DNA from: Eledone cirrhosa
Taxonomy: Eukaryota
Direction of reading: 5' to 3'
NCBI GenBank assembly: GCA_964016885.1
Contig: OZ024755.1
Span: 2,418,001 to 2,482,000, forward strand
Length of the DNA stretch: 64,000 bases
A program made the translations under genes and the position numbers. Shown here one piece after another: positions 54,693 to 64,000 of the stretch. The notes beneath the pieces are model-generated. The model was given only the letters and a program-made list of their open reading frames with translations. It was not told the origin of the DNA and made no database searches. Position 1 is the stretch's first letter, and every line of letters begins with the position of its first letter.

Positions 54693-57590
54693 TAACTTTG
54701 AATAACTTTGAAATGTTTTGGCCAGTATTGGCCCAGGCCATGTCTAACTTAATAGCACCACCTGGCGAAGTCTTTCAATTCAGAATTTGGGCACCATGGC
54801 CCATTCGAGAACAGAATTACTGTTTGCGGAGACATATCCGGGTGTGGGTGGTTTGTCCGGGATTACTTGGAGGAATTTGTCCAAAGACTTCTTGAATTTT
54901 GTGTGGTCAGTTTCTGTTTTGACGTGTCCTGGTGTGATGTTGAAGAGAGCAGGGCCGATTGAGGTGAAATAATTGTGCCGTATTGTTTTTATGAGTTGCG
55001 ATTTAGATTTTTGAATGGGACGGATAGCACGGGGCCCAAGCCTTGGGTGTATCTTGAAGGCGATGCCAACATCATTTGGGCAGTGATGATGGAACATTTT
55101 CCACATCATGCAGATAATATAACGCTCACGGCGACGTTGGAGTGAGTAAAGTTTCAGGTTTTCCAATCGACCCCAGTAGTCAAGGTCTGACATGCCATCT
55201 ATCTTTTTCGTGATTGCCCTTTGAGGAGCTTCAAGTTTCATGATACTTTGTTTCGTGTGGGGAGACCACAGTGGACAACAGTATTCAAGGTGTGGTCGGG
55301 CGAAAGTAGAGAAGAGAAGGATAATGGTGCGGGAATCTCTCGACTGGAAGGTTCTGAGGATCCAGGAACACATTCTGCGGGCCATGTCAACTTTGCTGCT
55401 TATATGCGTGGTCCAGCTTATGTTGCTGTCCACGGTTACTCCCAAGTCTCTGATGTTGTTAGATGCCACGAGAGTTTCCCCGGAGGGAAGGGAGTACGGG
55501 AGTTTCAGAGCATCCTCTTTTCCAAAGTGGATCAGTTCGAATTTGTCTTCGTTCAGTAACATGTTGTTCTTTTCTGCCCATTGGGTAACAGCCAGTAGGT
55601 CTGACTGAAGGCTTATCCGGTCATCCACGCCATTGATGACCTTTTGGAGCTTGGAATCATCAGCGAAAATTATAATGTTGCTGTGTTTGATGATGTCAGT
55701 GATGTCATTAATATAGATGATGAAGAGAAGTGGGCCCAACACAGTGCCTTGTGGGACTCCACTACTGACTTTGGCTGGGCTTGATTTGACTCCCTCAACT
55801 ACAACATGTTGGGTTCTGTTTGACAGGAAGCTCTTGATCCACTGCAGCAGCTTTCCAGTGACACCAATATTGGACAGCTTTCTCAGTAGAATGTTATGAT
55901 CAACCCTGTCAAAGGCCTTGCTGAAATCAAGGTAGATAACATCAGTGTTGGAACCCTCTCCCAAGGCTCTCAAAATGTCATCAAAGTGATGCAGTAGTTG
56001 CGTCAGGCAATCCCTTCCATTACGGAATCCATGCTGGTTGGAGTTCAGCATATTGTTACTCTCAAGGAAGTGGGTCATTCGCGATCTCACCACTCGCTCA
56101 AATACCTTAATGATATGAGAGGTGAGTGAGATTGGACGGTAATTCACGGCAAGGGATTTGTTTCCCTTTTTGAAAACTGGGACAACAGACTGGGATAGAA
56201 GGTTTTCTGGCACATATCCAGCATCCAGTGAGTTCCGCCACAGATTGGCAAGAGGAGAAGCAAGTTGGTGTTGACACGCCTTCAAGACACAAGCAGGGAA
56301 CCTATCGGGACCTACTGCTGAATTATGTTTGATTTCCTTTATTGCCGCCAAGACATCAGGGGCGCCAAACGTTATGTCCGATAAGGTGTAATGGGGAGTA
56401 ACATCGCCGATACAGCCCAGATCGGCCATATCAGGATTGCTGAAAACAGAGCAGTATTGTTTCTGCAGTATCTCACCCATGGTTTTAGCATTGTCTTGAA
56501 GAGTGCCATTTTCATCAATTAGAGGGCCAACAGTAGAGCCAGTGATTTTGTGTTTTTTTGCAAATGAAAAGAACACTTTGGGATTGAGTTTGATCTTCTC
56601 AATGGCCCAGGCCTCTTCAGCTCTTCTCTGATTGTTGATGAGGGACATTATGTTGTTTTGGAGGTTATGTTTTTTAATCTCTAGTGATGAAATGGCAGTC
56701 AAGTTGATGTGTTGCTGCTGACAGTATTTCAGCTTGTTGATTTTTTTGTTCGTTCTCTTAATTTTTCTGATGAGTGTTTTTCTATTTCTAGGGATTCTGC
56801 TCTTAGATTTGTTTATAGTTCTTAATGGGGTGTGTTTAGCACATATGTTTGTAACTGTGTCCACAAAAGTCTGCCAGGACTTTTTGATGTTAGTGGGTGT
56901 ATGAGTGGTGCGTGAAGGACCAGTCGACATGTGCAAGATCTTGACTGATCGCTTCCCAGTTTGCATTGTGGAAATCCATAGCGTCAAACGGATGGACAGG
57001 AGAAATGACATTGGGTTTGTATATTGGACGGTGGAATCTCAGATCACAGAGAACCATGTCATGATCAGAGAGTAGAGTTTTCTCCACTGCAATATTGTGG
57101 ATATTGTCAGTGTGATTGCTGAAAATTAAGTCTAGGACGTTTTTGTGGCACCTCGTTGGTTCGAGCACTAGTTGGGATAGGAAGAAATCATCCATGAAGT
57201 CAAGAAGCGATTCCACAGCTTCCCTGTCAGAGGTTGAGGCAGAAGAACCTGGTGGCAGGGTGTTTGTGGACCAGTCAACTCCGGGGAGGTTGAAGTCCCC
57301 CATCATTAAGATGTTGTCAGGGTGGACACTCTTGGATGAAACACTTTATGCTGTTGAGGCATTCCTTGAAGCATGGTACAGGCGTTTGGGGTGGCCTATA
57401 GAGCCCAACTACTAATAGGTTGTTGGTTTGACTGAATACAGTGACTGCCTCACAGTATCCATTAGTGAATATGTTCATAGCCTCTGTTGAGAAAGAATTA
57501 TGGACATAAATGGCAGTTCCGCCCTTTCTTCTGCCAGCGCGATCAGCACGGATGGCTTTGAAATTTTTCACTTTCACCTCGGCTTCCATA
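54693..57590 (-). mobile_element. CR1-group LINE retrotransposon, 5'-truncated
   Basis: APE motifs (VGLYRPP, MGDFN, LDLIFSN, SDH) and RT motifs (NYRPISLTS, YLDFSKAFDRV, GVPQGTVLGP, FADD); 3' tail (TTCAAAGTTA)x2; both ends abut TA-rich microsatellite. Confidence 0.95.
54780..57589 (-). pseudogene. LINE ORF2 (endonuclease-reverse transcriptase) split by two frameshifts, near 57320 and 56910
   Basis: ORFs 57317-57589, 56890-57306 and 54780-57011 are consecutive parts of one protein. Confidence 0.9.
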
Positions 57591-57753
57591 TAATATATAT
57601 CATATATATATATATATATATCATATATATATATATATCATATATATATCATATAATATATATATACATATATACATACATATATACATACAATATACAT
57701 ACATATATACATATACATATATATATACATATACATATATATATACATATACA

Positions 57754-57785
<32 letters not shown>

Positions 57786-58183
57786 CATATACACACATTT
57801 ACATTATATATATATATATTTATTTATATTTTTATGTGTGTGCGTATGTGTACATGATAGTTCGTATACATATACATATATATATATATTCTGAGACGAG
57901 ACAATGTGACAGACGTATTTAACCTAATTATATAGGTATCTATCTAAGAAATTGTCGTTACTTAAAAAACCTTGCAACAATAGATTAACCGAAACACATC
58001 TGAGGAGCCATCTTTAATAGGTAGAACTTATTGATTCTCCATCTCTGATATGAGAGAAATCTTTGCTAGACCTTTCTTCCACTCTTTATTCTTTATCACA
58101 TTCTTTTTTTAAATATTTTTTTTCTTTATTCATTCTGCTCGTAACAATAGCTGTAACAACAACACTGTCACGAGGATAATAAA

Positions 58184-58680
58184 GTGATGATGGTGATGGT
58201 GGTGGTTGTGATACTGGTGGTGGTGATGGTGGTTGTGATGATGTTGATGGTGGTGGTGGTGATGGTGATGATGGTGGTGATGGTTGTGATACTGGCGGTG
58301 GTGGTGCTGCTGTTGGTGGTGGTGGTGGTGGTGGTGGGTGGTGGTGGTGGTGGTGGTGGTGGTGGGTCGTGGTGATGATGGTGGTGGTGGTGATGATGTT
58401 GATGATGTTGGTGGTGATGATGGTGGTAGTGGTGATACTGGTGGTGGTGATGATGATGGTGATGATGGTGATGATGGTGATGATGATGGTGGTGGTGATG
58501 GTTGTGATGAGGGTGGTGATGGTTGTGATGGTGGTGATGGTTGTGATGGTGGTGATGGTGGTAGTGACGTGGTGGTGATGGTGGTGCTGGTGGTGGTGAT
58601 AGTAGTGACGTGGTGGTGGTAATGGTGGTAGTAGTGAGGGTGGTGGTGGTGGTGATCGTGGTGATGGTGGTGGTGATAAT
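58184..58680. repeat. (GGT/GAT)n trinucleotide repeat
   Basis: Directly visible. Confidence 0.9.
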
Positions 58681-58701
58681 GAGGGTGATAAAATTAGTAA
58701 T

Positions 58702-58912
58702 AATTGTTTCTACTTCAGGTACAAGGCCAGTAATTTGAAGAGGAGTGAAAAATCGATTAAATTGACACCAGTGTATTAGTGATACTTTATTTTATCGACC
58801 CTGTAAAGATGAAAGGCAAAGTTAACCTCGGCGGGATTTGAACTCAGACGATAAAGGGCCGTAACTCTTTGCTGCAAAGCATGGCGTCCGACCCTCTACC
58901 GATACTGCCAAT
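58702..58912 (-). mobile_element. SINE family A, full length
   Basis: Reverse complement of the 1657 copy, including GGATTTGAACTC and CCGATACTGCCA. Confidence 0.85.
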
Positions 58913-59696
58913 CAGATAATAATAATAATAATAATATTACCTTTATGTATTTGTTCAACAAGAATCTTGATTTGATAATATTGTTATCGATAATATTAGC
59001 AATATTAGGTAAATAATGATAGTAATGATTTCTGACACCACACCGACTACACTACCACCACTACTACTACCACCACCACTACACTAACACCACCGCCACA
59101 ACAACGACAAAGCGAGTGTTTCCTGGCAAAAATAGGTTAATTAGAAACTCATCTTGTCTATCAATTAATATGGCCAACTTACAGTGTCCTCAGCAAATTG
59201 ATTTTGATCTGTTATCTATTTCTTTATGTATCTTGCATTGTTTCTCTTTGTACCACTTTACTATTCTCCATCTTGCCCCCCCCCATCCTCGGTGTGCGTG
59301 TGTGTGCGGGGGGGGGGGGCATGTGCGTGTGTGTCTGTGTGTAATATTATATATTAAACTAATATATTTCTTTAATGTACTGCGTCGTTAAGCAGTTGTC
59401 TTTGAGTAGCCAGTGGCAAAAAGGACCAGTTCCCAGGTACTAATGCCCTCGATACCAATATAGAGTTCCGTCTATGATGCTAGGGAAGTGTTACTAATGT
59501 TTTAAGGGGTATATGTTGCTTTCGCATAATCAAAGAGGAAAGCTACTTTAAAAGTCAGTTGATATTGAAGAAGCAAATTTATCCGCTGAATACCCTTCAA
59601 ATAAAGCCAAATAAGAGTACAGAATGCCTTAATAAACTGTTACTCTACAAGTCTTACGTTTAAGGTGGCAAATTACGCATCAAATATATTATATAT

Positions 59697-59853
59697 AATT
59701 GTTTCTACTTTTGGCACAAGGCCAGTAATTATCCCAGTACATTACTGGTACTTAATTTTATCTACCCCGTAAGGATGAAAGGCAAAGTTAACCTCGGCGG
59801 GATTTGAACTCAAACTTTAAAGGAACATAACTCCATGCTGGAAAGCATGGCGT
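59697..59853 (-). mobile_element. SINE family A, 5'-truncated
   Basis: Reverse-complement core and tail. Confidence 0.8.
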
Positions 59854-60531
59854 CATATATAATGTACAATATCTATATATAATATACAATATTTATATAT
59901 AATATATAATATTTATATATAATATTTTATTTATTAAAATAACAGATTAAAGTTTAAGCAAAGAATCGCTACTTTCACCCTTAACGGGATCTTCTGAAAC
60001 TAAAAAAAATCAATGTGAACGCAGAAGTAAATATTTCGAAAAACATTACTATATAATATTTTATATACATAGCGATATTCAGTTGATATATCATTATCTC
60101 TGTTTATCCATATTAGGATAAATAGTTAATTTCATTTATTCTGTAAATCTAAAAGACCAACGTACTTAAATAAACCTACCTAAAATTTATTTGAAAATGT
60201 GTTACTACAAATAGAACTGATTGAATGCTATTAAGATAGGTGCGATGTCAATTTCCTCAAATGTTTCTTACAAATAAAAGACTTGCTTCGTCTCTGTTTG
60301 TTTTCTACGAATCACTTAATTGTATCCCAACTTATTTTACCGATACATAACTACTCTACTTAGGAATATGTTAAGCAGGAAACTAACAGAAAATTGCAAA
60401 AAGTAAAACATTTCTTGAACAGTTAAAAGCATTAACAACAAAATATTATAAATAACAACAACAATAATAATATCCATATAGATATCGTGAACAATAATGG
60501 TACCATTATATTTATATACCTTTTTTTTTAG

Positions 60532-60575
60532 TATGGAGCCTGAGATGTGTTAAAAATAAAAGATATGTTTCTTAA
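60532..60575 (+). CDS. Possible terminal coding exon of the host gene
   Basis: T-tract AG| then phase-1-compatible WSLRCVKNKRYVS*, followed by about 650 nt of repeat-free AT-rich sequence with AATAAA near 61163 and 61203. Confidence 0.3.
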
Positions 60576-61466
60576 AGAAAGCGATGGATATTATAAGTTG
60601 GCCTTATTACTGTTGTGTTTCAGAATTTACTCTACGTGTTGTTGATGCTATTAATGTAGTTTTTTTTTTAGTTTTTTTTTTGTTACCATTCCATTACGCC
60701 TAAACTATCTTTAAGTGGACAAATCCACATTGGACAAAAGAGTTGATTTTTTTTTTATGTTTCCAGCGAAAGAAACGACTGGCAGAATGTATGTTTATTT
60801 TTTATGATTTCATAAGATTTTCGATTTTTTTTTTTTTATTTATTTATTTATTTTTACTCTAAGAGAGAGGTTCTCAAAATGGACGCTACCTCTTCTGAAA
60901 TGTAATGAATTATAAGGTAAATAATTGATTTATTTACTCCAGTTTATTATAGTTTAATTATTCTCAACATATTTTCTATTCGCATTCTGGTTCATTATTT
61001 TTTTTCAAATATTTGGTTGTCGAAATTATGGTGGGTCCTCGGTACCAGTAAATACGGTAATTAAAAATGTAATTAGGTGTTATTTTTTTTGTTTTATTTA
61101 TTGTCTTTTGTTTCGACTACAATACGATGACAAAACTGTCAATTTTCTTGTCTTAAATATAAAATAAAGTTTCGTATGTTCAGTTGACTATTCATAAACA
61201 TTAATAAATAAAGAGTGCTAACACATTTATGTATGTGATTTCCTTTTAAACGTTGCAAAGCTTAAAGCCGAGTAGGCTAGATTAGTGTATTCTTCGATAA
61301 TAAGACTACTTCAACGAGAAATTAGGTTTGGGCTATTAAGATAATGCAGTTATTACCTCTAGTGAAATATTTGTTCCTTTTAGCTACCCAATTAGAGCCA
61401 TTAATGTTTTCAATGAGATATGCAGGCTGATATGAAGAGTAATGAAATCTTCTATAATTCGCATCG

Positions 61467-61780
61467 GGCGGCGAATTGGCAGAGTCGTTAGAGTCTCGAA
61501 TAGATTGTTTTGTGTTATTTGTTTCTGCTATCTGTTCTCCGAGTTCAAATCACACTGAAGTTAACTTTGCCTCTCATCAATTCAAGGTCGATAAAAAAAA
61601 GTACGAGTCTAATACTGGGGTTGATTGCTCCTCTATATCTCTTTCTGAATTCCATTCTTTTACTTTCTCTATCCCTTTGTTTTTCATCCTTACGGGGTCG
61701 ATGAAATAAAGTAACAGTAACGCACTGGAGTCGATTTAATCGACCTTCCCCTTCCTCCAAAATTGTTGGTCTCGTGCCAT
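61467..61780 (+). mobile_element. SINE family A copies
   Basis: Head and core, then a second core and tail. Confidence 0.75.
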
Positions 61781-61994
61781 TTATATAATTAACTATTATA
61801 ATATGTAATACCTATTATATAATTAACTATTATAATATGTAATACCAATTCAGACAATATTTGATTACTAGAAATAATGATTACTAGAAAGAAAAGAAAA
61901 TTTGAGAGGAACAAAGGGAATACCAGTAATTACACACATAAACGAATCATGGGAAGAAATAATTAAAATTGAAAAGCAGTTTAAAATGTTTCTT

Positions 61995-62380
61995 GAGATG
62001 GCAACTCAAGAGTTTGAAATTGAACTAAAGCAAATGAGAAGGGAGTATGTCGGAATCCTTTTGAGAAATTCCTGCAAGATAGTAAATAGGCTTTGCATCG
62101 GAACGGCAATTTGAATAACACGTTTATGTGAACGCATGATTGAAGGCGACATTGTGACAGAGAGTGAACCTTATGGAAATCATGTCAATGTGCCAAGAAT
62201 TAAACTGCGACCTTCTGACACCACTGCGCCTTTCACTCTTACAAACTTGTAGCGCACACTTTCTGTGGCTTTCGCTATGACAATCAAATGTCAACAATAG
62301 TAATTGAATAAAATATCTCTTTTCTTTCCAACTGATCGATTTGTGCATGGAAAATTCCATGTAACTCCGTCAAGAACTAC
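61995..62380 (+). pseudogene. Pif1-family (Helitron) helicase C-terminal relic
   Basis: One frame reads ILLRNSCKIVNRLCIGTAI*ITRLCERMIEGDIVT...VNVPRIKLRPSDTTAPFTL..*RTLSVAFAMTIKCQ, later HGKFHVTPSR; matches LLRN..LCNGT / IPRI.L.PSD / AFAMTINKSQ / HGQLYVALSR. Confidence 0.75.
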
Positions 62381-63406
62381 ACATGTTGATTCAGATATAG
62401 TGACAATGTTGAATGTATCAACAACATAGGGAAGAGTGAAGTCTATCCTTGGTAAACCTATTTTAATTGTTACATCATCGGAATTAAGTTATATAAACAT
62501 ACTGATATTGTTATATATATCTAACCGTTTATTAACCATCGTTGATCATGCTTACCATCTGCCGAGGTTAGATTTGACTTTCATCTTACGGGCTCGACAA
62601 AATAAAGTACCAGTCATACACTGGTCTGGATTTAATCGATTTTACCCTGCCCCAAAGTTGCAGGCCTTGTGCCTAAATAAGAAACCATCACGCACAGAGA
62701 CACACACACGCAATTCCATATGTATATATACACACACACAGATACACACACATATATATATATATATATGCATTTCCATACGCATATATACACACACAGA
62801 TATACACACATGCATATTCATACGCTTATATACATACAGATATATACACATGTAATTCTATTCACATATCTACACACATATACACATGTAATTCTATTCG
62901 CATATATACACACAGATATATACACATGTAATTCAATTCGCATATATACACACAGAGATACACACATGCATTGCCATACGCTTATATATTTTATTAAATA
63001 TTTTTTACGTTATTCTTACTTGATAATACTCTATCTATATTTATAATTCTCTCTATTTCCTGATCACTTGAAAGTTTGGCTCACATTCTAATTTAAAAGA
63101 TTAAATGGAAAATACAAGAAACACAAAAACGAAATTTACCATAAGCTAGGCAAGGCGGTGTCGAGATACCGAATGAAAATGCATGACTCTAGCAACAGAC
63201 GGAAGTAAAAGGAAAATATACAAACAAATAAACAAACGAACATAAAAGGAACTGACGTCTCCCCCACCAACCTACAATCTATTATCTATTTATGTACGAT
63301 AGACATAACTTTATAAGAGACATTGCAAAAGACAAAGGCAGCATTCCCAAGAAGCATGAGGTGAATTAAAAGGCGTTATATGGATATTATATACATACAT
63401 ATTTAC

Positions 63407-63458
<52 letters not shown>

Positions 63459-64000
63459 GTGTGTGATGGGTATATATATATGTATATATATATATGTATG
63501 TATATTTATATATATGAGTATATATGTGTATATATATATATATATATATGTGTGTGTATATATGTATGTATATTTATATATATGTGTGTATATATGTATG
63601 TATATATGTGTGTGTGTGTGTGAGTGTATATGTATGTATGGATATATATATATATATTTATATATGTGTGTAAATGCATTATGAACCTACGTGTGTGTGT
63701 GTGTGTGTGATTAGTATACAAGTATACGGTGATAATGCAATGGTGGAAGGGAGAATGGCTAAGACAGGACTCAGTGAGGAGAAAAGATAAAAATGTGTAA
63801 AATAAGTAAATAGAGAACAATGTAACTGAATACTGGGTTTTTAAAAAAACTGACTATGATGGTGGGAAAGGTTGGGGGGGGGGGAATGATGAATAGGATT
63901 TATCTGTAAGTGAAACGCTCTGAGAGAATGAATGTAGATTAAAATGATAGATTGAGAAAGAAATTGAAATATATATATATTTGTGTCTGTATTTATATAT

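Noticed and set aside
57997-58035. CTGAGGA-GCC...GGT-AGAAC hammerhead-like string
   Set aside because: No GAAA and no convincing stem I or III.

Overview
This is AT-rich, microsatellite-dominated eukaryotic genomic DNA. The repeat families look like a coleoid cephalopod, probably Octopus (inference). There is a 200-N scaffold gap at 13455-13654. Nearly all long ORFs in the ORF track are translation artefacts of (TA)n/(CA)n/(CAC)n tracts. Real content: (1) a + strand multi-exon gene (six well-supported phase 1-1 exons, 44599-54183) encoding two SUEL/galactose-lectin-like Cys domains, a CUB domain and Thr/Ser-rich linkers; (2) a 5'-truncated, twice-frameshifted CR1-group LINE (APE+RT) at about 54693-57590 (-); (3) many tRNA-derived SINEs plus relics of RTE/RTE-X LINEs, a Penelope-like ORF, a Helitron and its Pif1 helicase, and a Tc1/mariner MITE. 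The main unexplained signal is a dense population of about 17 minimal type I hammerhead ribozyme (HHR) motifs from about 8 distinct short element families, mostly next to (TA)n tracts. Four elements are built as large inverted repeats with an HHR on both strands. Two families carry the compensatory U3:A8 catalytic-core variant. The best reading is a Penelope-like pseudo-LTR / retrozyme-type system associated with TA microsatellites. All folds and alignments were read by eye, and repeat boundaries are approximate.
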